The translations under genes and the position numbers were made by a program. A DNA stretch of 64,000 bases from Thermoanaerobaculia bacterium (GTDB taxonomy: Bacteria; Acidobacteriota; Thermoanaerobaculia; Multivoradales; UBA5704): positions 1-64,000 of the forward strand of contig JBGAGQ010000031.1 of assembly GCA_044226625.1 (NCBI GenBank), given 5' to 3'. This document shows positions 1 through 8,879 of the stretch, one piece after another (position 1 is the stretch's first letter; each line of letters opens with the position of its first letter). The notes below the pieces were generated by a model, which was not told where the DNA came from, did not search any database, and saw only the letters and a list, made by a program, of their open reading frames with translations.

Positions 1-450
1 GTCGCACCCGTCCTCGACCTTGAGGAACGAGCGGGTCCGCCCCGGCTCCGGCGAGGCGCACGGGACATCGACCTCGACAGCCTCCGGAGGCGAGTGGGAC
101 GGAACGAGCTCCGGGAACGCACGCTCGACGCGCCGCAGCAAGTCGGCCTTCTCGGCGTTCGAGACGATCAGATCGACCCCTGCCGTTTTCGCGGCGGCTT
201 CCGGATGGGAGGTCGCGTAGCAGCCAGCGAGCACCGTTCGGAGGGGAAAGCCCTTTCGCGCTCCCCGGCTTGCCGCTCGTCGGGAGGATCGTTCGGCGTG
301 TCCGGTGACGGTGCATGAGTGGACGACGTGGAGGTCGGCGCCTTCGAGGTCCGCCGCGAGCCGCCATCCCGCGGCGGCGAAATCGCGCGCCCAGCGTTCG
401 GTCTCCGCTTGGTTGAGCTTGCAGCCGAGGTTGGTGAAATAGACGCGCAT
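1..450 (-). CDS. mtaB: tRNA methylthiotransferase MtaB (MiaB-like radical SAM), N-terminal part; runs off the window edge
   Basis: Not in the ORF track. Manual translation from ATG at 450 gives MRVYFTNLGCKLNQAETE...ADLHVVHSCTVT...GCYA...RTRSFLKVEDGCD. This has the UPF0004 GCKxN/SCTVT motifs and the start of the radical-SAM CxxxCxxC motif. Confidence 0.85.
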   Translation of the reverse strand, partial: MRVYFTNLGCKLNQAETERWARDFAAAGWRLAADLEGADLHVVHSCTVTGHAERSSRRAASRGARKGFPLRTVLAGCYATSHPEAAAKTAGVDLIVSNAEKADLLRRVERAFPELVPSHSPPEAVEVDVPCASPEPGRTRSFLKVEDGCD

Positions 451-459
451 GAGGGGCGG

Positions 460-1719
460 TTGGATCTTACTCCGGAGATTCGAGGCCCTTTCGGTCTCGT
501 ACCGCGACGTCGGACGGAGAGAACCGCACTGCGCACCTCGATCGCTTTTGCAGCCCTCTTCTTCACGGGCCTGGCGCCCGGCTCCTCCATCGCATGGGCT
601 GCCGCGAGCTCGTGGCAATCGAACGAGCACGGAGCGGTCCGGCTGATCGCCGAGGCGGCGGTGGCTCCAGGGGGAGCGCCGCCCCGGTTGGGCGTCGAGT
701 TCCGTACCGCTCCCGGCTGGCACGTCTACTGGAAGAACCCAGGCGACGCGGGTTTCCCTCCGCGGATCGACCTGCTGGCGCCCCCGGACCTTCGCGGCGA
801 GACCATCATCTCGTTTCCGTCGCCGCGCCGTTTCTCGCTTCCGGGCGGTCTGTTTGCGATCGGCTACGAAGGATCGATCGTCTACCCGTTCAGGCCGCTT
901 TCGGCGCGGTCCTTATCAGTCCCCCCGGGCACCGCCTCGGTGCGAGTCGAGGCGGACGTCGACTACCTGACCTGCGCGGTCGATTGTGTCCCCTACCGTT
1001 ATCGTCTGGCGCTCGACCTGCCGGTCGGCTCGGCGGCTCGCGATCCGGAAGCGGGCGTCCTGCTCGACCGCGCGGAAGCGACGCTCCCTCTCCGGGCTAG
1101 CGATCTGCCGGAGGTCGAGATCCGAACCGAGCCGCTCGGCCAGCCGCCGAACGCGATCGCGGTCGAGATCGACGGCGTCGAGCCCTCGTCCGGCTCCGAT
1201 CTTTTCGTCGAGCCGCAGGATCGGTTCGAGATCGGCCGGCCGTCGCTCCAGCGCACGGCGAAGGGCGTTCGATTCCACCTGTCGCTCGTGCCGCGACGGA
1301 CCGACGTGGCGATCTCCGGGCCGCCGAATCTCGCCTGGACCGCCGTGGGTCTGATGCGGGCGGGGCGGGCGCTCGCGATCGAAGCGCGGAGCGGGCCCGA
1401 GAAAGCGGAAGAGAAAGGGGCCGACCGTTCGACCCGAGCCGCGGAGTCTGGCGAGTCGCCTTTCGTTCCTTCCCGTCTCCCCTGGCTCTCGGCTCTGCTC
1501 GTCGCGACCGCCGCCGTTCTCGTCGCGGCCGCGATGTTGCTGTGGCGGCGAAGAACTTCCGGCGTCGCGTCCGGCCTGCTCGGTTTTCTCGCGCTCGGGC
1601 TCCTCGTCGGCTGCCTCCACCTTCTCGCGACCCGACTCTCGGCCACCGCTCTCGCGAGCCTCGAGCTCGCCCTGCTCGGTCTATCGCTCGTCCTCTGGCT
1701 GCGTCTCCGTGTTTCGTGA
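460..1719 (+). CDS. DsbD/ScsB N-terminal-like (protein-disulfide reductase) domain protein with C-terminal membrane anchor
   Basis: GWHVYWKNPGDAGFPP motif, CAVDC cysteine pair, signal-like segment and about 3 C-terminal TM helices. The ORF-track start (319) overlaps mtaB, so the true start is uncertain (TTG 460 or later). Confidence 0.75.
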   Translation: MDLTPEIRGPFGLVPRRRTERTALRTSIAFAALFFTGLAPGSSIAWAAASSWQSNEHGAVRLIAEAAVAPGGAPPRLGVEFRTAPGWHVYWKNPGDAGFPPRIDLLAPPDLRGETIISFPSPRRFSLPGGLFAIGYEGSIVYPFRPLSARSLSVPPGTASVRVEADVDYLTCAVDCVPYRYRLALDLPVGSAARDPEAGVLLDRAEATLPLRASDLPEVEIRTEPLGQPPNAIAVEIDGVEPSSGSDLFVEPQDRFEIGRPSLQRTAKGVRFHLSLVPRRTDVAISGPPNLAWTAVGLMRAGRALAIEARSGPEKAEEKGADRSTRAAESGESPFVPSRLPWLSALLVATAAVLVAAAMLLWRRRTSGVASGLLGFLALGLLVGCLHLLATRLSATALASLELALLGLSLVLWLRLRVS

Positions 1720-1767
1720 GCCTTGGACGTCACGGTCCAACCCCTTCCTTCGCATAGGAGAAGAACG

Positions 1768-2391
1768 ATGAAAATGCGACTTCCCGGATCTCTCGCTGTA
1801 CCTTTCGCCTCCGTCTTTGCGCTGGCGGTTCTTCTCGGAACCGCTTGCGCCCCCGCCGGGGCGAGCGGCGTCGTGGGCCAGAAGGGATCCGGATTCCAGC
1901 TGACCGATTTGAACGGCAAGGTCCATTCGCTCGATCAATACAAGGGGAAGGTAGTGGTGCTCGAGTGGATCAACCCGAACTGCCCCTTCTCTGACCGTCA
2001 GGCGCGGGAAAAGACGATGGTCGACTTGAACAAGAAGTATGGCCAGGTGGTCTGGCTCGGCATCAACAGCACGAACCCCAAACACACCGACTATTTGAAA
2101 CCCGCCGACCATCTCGACTGGGCTAAGAAGAACGGGATCGCCTACCCGATCCTCTACGATCCGACGGGAAGCGTGGGGCACGCCTACGGCGCCAAAACCA
2201 CGCCGCACATGTTCATCCTGGACGGGAAAGGCATCCTCGCTTACAACGGCGCGATCGACGACGATCCGAGCGGCCGGAAAGCGAAACCCGCCCGGGTGAA
2301 CTACGTCGACACCGGCCTCACCGCGGAGCTCGCCGGCCGCGCGTTGGACCCCGCCGTCACCCAGCCCTACGGCTGCTCGGTCAAGTACTGA
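1768..2391 (+). CDS. Exported redoxin / peroxiredoxin-like (AhpC-TSA, PRX-like1) protein
   Basis: AGGAG RBS, signal peptide, VVVLEWINPNCPF, YGAKTTPHMFI, YNGAIDD, C-terminal YGCSVKY. Confidence 0.85.
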   Translation: MKMRLPGSLAVPFASVFALAVLLGTACAPAGASGVVGQKGSGFQLTDLNGKVHSLDQYKGKVVVLEWINPNCPFSDRQAREKTMVDLNKKYGQVVWLGINSTNPKHTDYLKPADHLDWAKKNGIAYPILYDPTGSVGHAYGAKTTPHMFILDGKGILAYNGAIDDDPSGRKAKPARVNYVDTGLTAELAGRALDPAVTQPYGCSVKY

Positions 2392-2401
2392 ATGTCGGAC
2401 C

Positions 2402-2434
2402 GGGCGCCGGCCGGCCGGACCGGCGCCCTTCTCC
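2402..2434 (+). terminator. Putative intrinsic terminator after the redoxin gene
   Basis: GGGCGCCGG...CCGGCGCCC stem followed by a pyrimidine tract. Confidence 0.4.
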
Positions 2435-2633
2435 CTCGAGCGCCTGCCTCCCTCTCCTTCGCGCCCGCGCCCCATCCGGAGGATTCGATCGTCGTCACCG
2501 GATGCGTCGCCTCCCCTTTCCGCCTCGTTGCGCGGGCGTCGACCCTCCGGTACGCTGAGAAAAAGCCTCTACGTAGTTGAGCGCGGCTTGGCGCCCTTTC
2601 GGCGCGAGATCTCGCGTTTACTTGGGGAGTGAC

Positions 2634-2957
2634 ATGGCAAGCCAGGAGACCATCTACGGCCTGATCGTGTTCGCGATCGGCCAGGGAGCGGGCGGAGCCA
2701 CGTTGGAGGAGAGCGCCGCGGCCTACCTCGCGGATCGCGGCTATGCTTGGATCGTGACGGCACAACCCGGACGGGGCGCACCCCAGGCCTCGTGGAACGT
2801 GATCGGCGCGGGGATTCTCGACCGCTGCCGCGCGATCGGTGCGCTCTCGGCGGCGCTCTCGGGCGGCGCACCCATCGAGGCCGTGCACATGGAAAGTGCC
2901 TGTCTGCAGATCGAGAGCGAGTCGGGTACTCCCTGGTGCCCCTCCGCGCAGACCTGA
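2634..2957 (+). CDS. Small helical hypothetical protein (107 aa), possibly histone-fold-like
   Basis: GGGGAG RBS before ATG 2634; protein-like composition; 25 bp upstream of the kinase gene. Confidence 0.7.
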   Translation: MASQETIYGLIVFAIGQGAGGATLEESAAAYLADRGYAWIVTAQPGRGAPQASWNVIGAGILDRCRAIGALSAALSGGAPIEAVHMESACLQIESESGTPWCPSAQT

Positions 2958-2982
2958 GCCTCGTCCTGAGGCGAAGGGCACG

Positions 2983-5658
2983 ATGAGTCGGAGCGGATGG
3001 GTTCGCCTGCTGTTGTGGGCCGCGGCGGCCAAATCCCTGGCCGCGCTCTTCGCGGTCCTCTCGGTTCCGGGCGCCCTCGTGCCGATCGGCTCATCGCCCT
3101 ACCGCGGCCCATTGTCGATGGGAGCGTTCGCGCTCGGCTCGATGGTCTTCCTGGTCGGCGGACGCGACGACCGCCGCGCGTTCGACCTCGGCGTCCTCTA
3201 CCTACTCATCGCCTGTACGTTCACCAACGGGCCGCTGCTCGCTTGGGTCGAGCACGGCGCGCCGGGAATCCCTTTCGGAACCCTGGTCCCGAAGCTTCTC
3301 GAAGAGCTCGAGGTCGATGCCTTCCTACCGCTCTTCCTGTGGCGTTTCGCCCTCGCCTTCCCCCACGGGCGGTTGACTTGGCACGAGCGCCGCGTCGGAA
3401 CGACCTGTCTTCGGATCTCCGGTTGGATCGGGGGGGCGCTGTTCGCCGTCAATCTCCTCGGTGGGCTCGAGGAGCTCGCCGGAAAGGCGCGCCCAGGTTT
3501 CGTGGCGAAATTGGACCGCGACGACGGCATTCTGTTCCTCGGTTTTGTCGTCACCGCGGTGGTGTCGGCGTTGGGCATGATCCTTTGGCGACTTCGGGGC
3601 GAAGCCGGGGAAGATCGACGCCGCGTCCGTCTCTTTCTGGGGGCGCTGTTGCTCGGGCTTTCGCCCATCGTGGTTTCGATCTTCGGGGAGTTCGTGGTCG
3701 GCGCATTCGTGCCTCCAGTCGCCGCAGCCTTCGCGATTCGAAGGCCGCTGCTGATGACGATCTTCTTTCCGTTCTTGTGGTCTGTTCCTTTCACTACGGC
3801 CTATGCGGTGATGGTTCACCAGGTGCTCGATCTGCGATTGATCGCGAGAGGGATCGTCGGTTATGCCTTAGCCCGCGCGACGGTGCTCGCCGCGGGCGCC
3901 CTGCCCTTCGCGCTGTTCCTCTGGCATCTTTACGGCGAGCGAAACCGTCCGCTGGGAGTCGTCCTTTCGGAAGGGGCGGTCCTCCAATGGACCGCGCTAA
4001 TCGCCGCGGGCATCGCGATGCTCGGGTTCCGCCGATCGATCCTCGCCGCTCTCGATCGATGGTTCTTCCGAGAACAGGTCGACGCCCGGCAGATCCTTAC
4101 CGAGCTGGTCGAGCGCATTCGCACCGCGACGAGCCCGGAAGACCTCGCAAACCTGATCCTCGGCGGTGTCGATCGAGCGCTTCACCTCGAGCACTCGGCG
4201 CTGCTCCTGGAGGACCGGCGCACCGGCCTGCTCGAAGATCCGCGCCGCCGCGCCCGCCGCCTCGACGCCTCTTCGCCTCTCGGTCAGAAGATCTCGGAAG
4301 CGAGCGAAGCGCTCGAAGTCGACCTCGAGAACCCGAGATCGCCGCTCGCACAGCTGCCGGAGGAGGACCGGCATTGGTTGGTCGACGGAGGGGTCCGCCT
4401 TCTGGTGCCGATCCAGGCGGCGAACGGCTCGCTCTTGGGGGTGATCGCGCTCGGCCGAAAGAAGAGCGAGCTGCCGTACGTCCGCGAAGACCGCCGCCTG
4501 CTCGCCGACGTCGCCCGCACCGCGGGGCTCGGACTGGAGCTGCAATTGAGCCGGGAACGGGAGGCGATCCGGCCGATCGAGGAACGGGCGCCCGGCGATC
4601 CGATCCGAGACGCGATCTCGGAAGCGGCGCGGGAATGCCCGCGCTGCGGCGCTCTCTTTCGCTCGTTCCTGGTGTATTGCGGCAACTGCAGCCACAAGCT
4701 CGAGTCGGCGCCGATCCCGTACATTCTGCCCGGTCGGTACCGATTCGAGCAGAGGCTCGGTCTCGGCGGTATGGGTGTCGTTTATCGCGGCACGGACCTC
4801 GCGCTCGGTCGTCCGATCGCTGCCAAGACCCTGCGCCGCGTCTCTCCCGAGGATGCGGTGCGGCTCCGGCGCGAGGCGCGGACCGCGGCGCGCTTCTCCC
4901 ATCCGCATCTTGCCGTGGTGTACGGGGTCGAGACCTGGCTCGGGACCCCGATCATGATCTTCGAGTTCCTGGCCGGCGGCACCCTGGCCGACCGGCTGGC
5001 GGCCGGTCCCCTCGCGCCGATCGAGGTCGTCGATCTGGGCATCGCGATGGCCGGCGCGCTCGAACGGCTCCACGAGGCCGACATCCTTCATCGCGACGTC
5101 AAGCCCAGCAACATCGGCTATTCGGGCGAGGGCGTTCCGAAGCTGATGGACTTCGGAATCGCCCGGGCGCGGGGAAGCCGGGAGAGCGACGCCCCGCGGA
5201 GCATGTCGCCACGGGACGATCTGGACTCGAACTTGCTGCCCCCGACCTGGATCGGCGGCCGTCCTGGAACCTCCCAGGCGGGCGGGCGTGACGCGTCGCG
5301 TAGCGAGCGGGGATCCACCGCTTCGACGGTCTCGAACCTGGTGGCGGGCACCTTGCCCTACCTGGCGCCGGAGATCCTGAACGGCGGAGAACCCGATAAG
5401 GCCTGCGACCTCTGGAGCCTGTCGGTGGTGTTGCTCGAGTGCCTGCTCGGTAGGAAGGTGTTCATCGGCGAAGACGATCGGCAAGTGAGCGTCCGGATCC
5501 AGCTGGTACGGATCCCCGACCTGGCGATCGAGCGCCCCGACGCGCCGCAGGTGGTGGTGGAGCTGTTCCGTAGCGCGCTGCACCGGGCGCGGTCCCGGCG
5601 TCCCTCGTCGGCCCACGATCTGTCCCGGCGGTTGGCCGCGATTCGGGCGCAGCTCTAA
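2983..5658 (+). CDS. Multi-TM sensor / GAF / Zn-ribbon Ser/Thr protein kinase
   Basis: About 9 N-terminal TM segments, GAF-like LLVPI...LLGVIALGRKKSELPY..ED, CPRC...CGNC, and Hanks motifs GLGGMG, AAK, HRDVKPSN, DFG, GTLPYLAPE. Confidence 0.9.
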   Translation: MSRSGWVRLLLWAAAAKSLAALFAVLSVPGALVPIGSSPYRGPLSMGAFALGSMVFLVGGRDDRRAFDLGVLYLLIACTFTNGPLLAWVEHGAPGIPFGTLVPKLLEELEVDAFLPLFLWRFALAFPHGRLTWHERRVGTTCLRISGWIGGALFAVNLLGGLEELAGKARPGFVAKLDRDDGILFLGFVVTAVVSALGMILWRLRGEAGEDRRRVRLFLGALLLGLSPIVVSIFGEFVVGAFVPPVAAAFAIRRPLLMTIFFPFLWSVPFTTAYAVMVHQVLDLRLIARGIVGYALARATVLAAGALPFALFLWHLYGERNRPLGVVLSEGAVLQWTALIAAGIAMLGFRRSILAALDRWFFREQVDARQILTELVERIRTATSPEDLANLILGGVDRALHLEHSALLLEDRRTGLLEDPRRRARRLDASSPLGQKISEASEALEVDLENPRSPLAQLPEEDRHWLVDGGVRLLVPIQAANGSLLGVIALGRKKSELPYVREDRRLLADVARTAGLGLELQLSREREAIRPIEERAPGDPIRDAISEAARECPRCGALFRSFLVYCGNCSHKLESAPIPYILPGRYRFEQRLGLGGMGVVYRGTDLALGRPIAAKTLRRVSPEDAVRLRREARTAARFSHPHLAVVYGVETWLGTPIMIFEFLAGGTLADRLAAGPLAPIEVVDLGIAMAGALERLHEADILHRDVKPSNIGYSGEGVPKLMDFGIARARGSRESDAPRSMSPRDDLDSNLLPPTWIGGRPGTSQAGGRDASRSERGSTASTVSNLVAGTLPYLAPEILNGGEPDKACDLWSLSVVLLECLLGRKVFIGEDDRQVSVRIQLVRIPDLAIERPDAPQVVVELFRSALHRARSRRPSSAHDLSRRLAAIRAQL

Positions 5659-5709
5659 AACACATCCGCTAAGATGCATTCCTGCCCATAACGGGCTTGG
5701 AGGTGGCGG

Positions 5710-8700
5710 ATGCGGAAAGCGTGGCGCTTCGTAGCCTTAGGACTTCTCGGAATCTACAGCTTGGATCGACCCTGGGCTTCGTCGGCCGCGTTGGCCGTAC
5801 CTTTTGCGCCTCCTTCCGGCCCTCCTTCCGCGCTTCCAGGAGGCCCCCGGCCCGGGCCGGCGAACGCGCCGCGCGGTTCGGCCCGCGTCGCTGAAGCGAG
5901 TCCGATGGAGGTCGTCCTTTCCGCCGGGGCGGCGTTCGGCGAGGTGGCGATCTCGCGCGACGGCCGGCGGATCGCCTGGATGGAGCGCCTGTTCGACGCG
6001 GCGGGACATCCCACGGGGCGAGCCGCTCTCCGAACCCTGGCGCTCGGCGAATCGCCTTCGGGCGCTTCGGCGCCGTCGGTCCCTAGAGTGCCCGAGACGA
6101 TCGCGCTTCCCGGGGATGGCGCCTCGTCGCTCGCCTTCTCCCCCGACGGCCGCCGCCTCGCCTTCCTGGCCGCCGACGGCCGCTCCTCCCAGGCGCAAAT
6201 TTGGGTTGCCGACGCGACGCCCTCGGCTCAGCGACCGGGTGGCAAACCGCGGGCGTCCGACGCGCGGCGGCTCACCTCCTTCTCCGGGCAACTGTCGGAC
6301 CTGCGTTGGCTTCCGGACGGCTCGGGGCTCACGGCGCTCGCGATCGAAGGACGGCTCGATGCGGCGGGACCGCTCGCCGCGCGGCCTCGCGACGCGGGGC
6401 TGGTGGGGAGCCATCTCGACGTCCAGCGGATCGCTCGGTTCGACGCCTCGACCGGCGCGCTCCGATGGGCCTCGCCCGCCGACCTGTTCGTCTACGAGTA
6501 CGACGCTTCGCCCGACGGAACGGCGTTCGTGGGCTCGGCGGCCCGTGGCGACGGAGACGCGAAATGGTGGGTGGCCAAGCTCTATCGTTTCGACGCCGCC
6601 CAGGCGACGGAAATCTACGCGCCGAAGCACCAGGTCGCTTCGCCCCGCTGGTCGCCCGACGGCCGGCAGGTCGCGTGGATCGAAGGCCTGATGAGCGATG
6701 CCGGCGCGACCGGCGGCGACGTGTGGCTGCTCACCCTGGGGCCCGCGGGCGCAGAGGCGAGCGAGCGGCCCGCGGCGCGAAACCTCACCCCGGGGCTTCC
6801 CAGCTCGCCGGCTTGGCTCGCCTGGTCGGGCGCCGGCCGGCTGACATGGGTGGAGAACGTCTCGGGCTCGACCGGAATCTCGACCCTCGACGTATCGACC
6901 GGACGGATCGAGAGCCGTTTTCGTGCCGCGGAGTCGCTCACGGCCGGCTCCGGACCGGGCATCGCTCTCTCCGTCGATGGAACGCGAGGCGCAGCGATTC
7001 GACACTCGTTCACCTCCCCTCCCGAGATCTGGGCCGGCGAGATCGGCGCCTGGCGGCAGGTGACCGCGCGCAATGCAACGATCCGGCCTCTATGGGGGGA
7101 GCCCAAGGACCTGCGTTGGAAGAGCGACGGCTTGGAGATCCAAGGATGGCTGCTGGCTCCACCGCCACCCCCATCCCCTGAGAGTCCGGCCGGCGGCTCG
7201 AGACCGGTCAAACGACGTCCGCTCGTGGTCATGGTCCACGGGGGACCGTCCTCGAGCTTTCATCCCGCCTGGCCGACGACCGCGGGTATCCTGGCGAACG
7301 CCGGCTTCTACGTCTTGATGCCGAACCCGCGGGGCAGTTACGGAGCGGGCGCGGAATTCCAGGCCGGGAACTACCGCGATTTCGGCTACGGCGATCTGCG
7401 CGACATCGAACGGGGTATCGACGCGGCGGTCGCGGCCGCTCCCCCGGAAGCACCGATCGATCCCGGGCGCGTCGGCATCTTCGGATGGAGCTATGGCGGA
7501 TACATGGCCATGTGGGCGGTCGCGCGGAGCGACCGGTTCGCCGCGGCGGTCGCCGGGGCGGGGATCGCGAATTGGCAGAGCTACGCGGGGCAGAATCGGA
7601 TCGACGACTGGCTGGTGCCGTTCTTCGGCGCGACGATCGAGGAGGATCCCTGGATCTACGCCCGTAGCTCGCCGATCAACTTCATCACCCACGCGAAAAC
7701 CCCGACCCTCGTCCTCCAGGGCGAACGCGACTCCGAGGTTCCGGCGCCTCAGGGGTACGAGTTCTGGAAGGCGTTGCGACGGCTCGGAGTGCCGAGCGAG
7801 CTCTACATCTTCGCAGACCAGGGGCACCGGTTGAGCCCGCAAGGGGAGCGCGAACGGTACGACCAGACGCTGGGCTGGTTTCGCCGATGGCTTCCCGATC
7901 CGCCGGATCTCCTTGCGGTGGTGAACAAGTCGGACGCGAGCGTCGACCTGGTCGATCCCTCCACCGGGCGAAGCCGGGCGACGATTCCGACCGGCAACGG
8001 TCCGCACGAGGCGGCCATCTCGCCGAACGGGACGACGCTGGTCGTGAGCGATTACGGCACCCGAGCCCAACCTGGTTCGAGCCTGACGGTGATCGACCTG
8101 GCCAGTCGCAGAGTGGTTTCCACGGTCGACCTCGGCGCGCCCAAGAAGCCGCACGGTCTCGCCTGGCTCGGCGACGATTACCTCGCGGTCACGGGCGAAG
8201 GGGCGGGGGAGCTGCTGATCGTCAAGCCCGGCGACGGTGCGGTGGTACGCGCGGTGCCTACCGGGCAGGAGATCTCCCACATGGTCGCGGTGATCCCGGA
8301 CGGGAGCCGCGCCTTCGTGGCGAATATCGGGTCGGGCAGCGTCACCGCGATCGACCTGCGCTCCGGGAAGAAGTTGAAGGACCTGCCGACCGGTGCCGGA
8401 GCCGAGGGGATCGCCTTTCGCCCGGAGACGCGCGAGATCTGGGTCACGAACCGCGAGGCCGATACCCTCTCCGTGATCGACGCCGACCGTCTCGAGGTCG
8501 TGGCGACCCTGCCCTGCCCTGGTTTTCCGATCCGAATCGCCTTCTCGCCTCGCGGCGCGCGCGCCCTCGTGACCGCGGCGAAATCGGGGGAGGTGGTCGC
8601 GTTCGATCCGCAGGCCCGCACCGAGATCGCGAGGAAGAAGCTCGCCGTGGGCGTGGTAGCCGACGCGAAAGCTCGGCTGTTCGGCGACCGATTCTCGGAT

Positions 8701-8859
8701 AGCCCCGCCCCGGTGGGCCTTCTGTTCGCGCCGTCCGGGCGGCGCGCTTACGTCGCCGCCACGCAGTCGGATCGTGTGATCGAGATCGACACGGAGAGCC
8801 TGGACGTCGTCCGTGTGATCGAGACCGGCCGGGAGCCGGACGGCATGGCGGTGCGTTAG
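5710..8859 (+). CDS. S9 family peptidase (TolB/PD40 propeller plus catalytic domain) fused to a C-terminal YncE/YVTN beta-propeller
   Basis: FSPDG/WSPDG repeats, HGGP, NPRGS, nucleophile GWSYGG, QGERDSEV (Asp), DQGH (His); then YVTN-like repeats (TGNGPHE, FVANIGS, WVTNREAD, TGREPDG). Confidence 0.85.
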   Translation: MRKAWRFVALGLLGIYSLDRPWASSAALAVPFAPPSGPPSALPGGPRPGPANAPRGSARVAEASPMEVVLSAGAAFGEVAISRDGRRIAWMERLFDAAGHPTGRAALRTLALGESPSGASAPSVPRVPETIALPGDGASSLAFSPDGRRLAFLAADGRSSQAQIWVADATPSAQRPGGKPRASDARRLTSFSGQLSDLRWLPDGSGLTALAIEGRLDAAGPLAARPRDAGLVGSHLDVQRIARFDASTGALRWASPADLFVYEYDASPDGTAFVGSAARGDGDAKWWVAKLYRFDAAQATEIYAPKHQVASPRWSPDGRQVAWIEGLMSDAGATGGDVWLLTLGPAGAEASERPAARNLTPGLPSSPAWLAWSGAGRLTWVENVSGSTGISTLDVSTGRIESRFRAAESLTAGSGPGIALSVDGTRGAAIRHSFTSPPEIWAGEIGAWRQVTARNATIRPLWGEPKDLRWKSDGLEIQGWLLAPPPPPSPESPAGGSRPVKRRPLVVMVHGGPSSSFHPAWPTTAGILANAGFYVLMPNPRGSYGAGAEFQAGNYRDFGYGDLRDIERGIDAAVAAAPPEAPIDPGRVGIFGWSYGGYMAMWAVARSDRFAAAVAGAGIANWQSYAGQNRIDDWLVPFFGATIEEDPWIYARSSPINFITHAKTPTLVLQGERDSEVPAPQGYEFWKALRRLGVPSELYIFADQGHRLSPQGERERYDQTLGWFRRWLPDPPDLLAVVNKSDASVDLVDPSTGRSRATIPTGNGPHEAAISPNGTTLVVSDYGTRAQPGSSLTVIDLASRRVVSTVDLGAPKKPHGLAWLGDDYLAVTGEGAGELLIVKPGDGAVVRAVPTGQEISHMVAVIPDGSRAFVANIGSGSVTAIDLRSGKKLKDLPTGAGAEGIAFRPETREIWVTNREADTLSVIDADRLEVVATLPCPGFPIRIAFSPRGARALVTAAKSGEVVAFDPQARTEIARKKLAVGVVADAKARLFGDRFSDSPAPVGLLFAPSGRRAYVAATQSDRVIEIDTESLDVVRVIETGREPDGMAVR

Positions 8860-8879
8860 TTAGAAAGCGGCGCCGGCTT

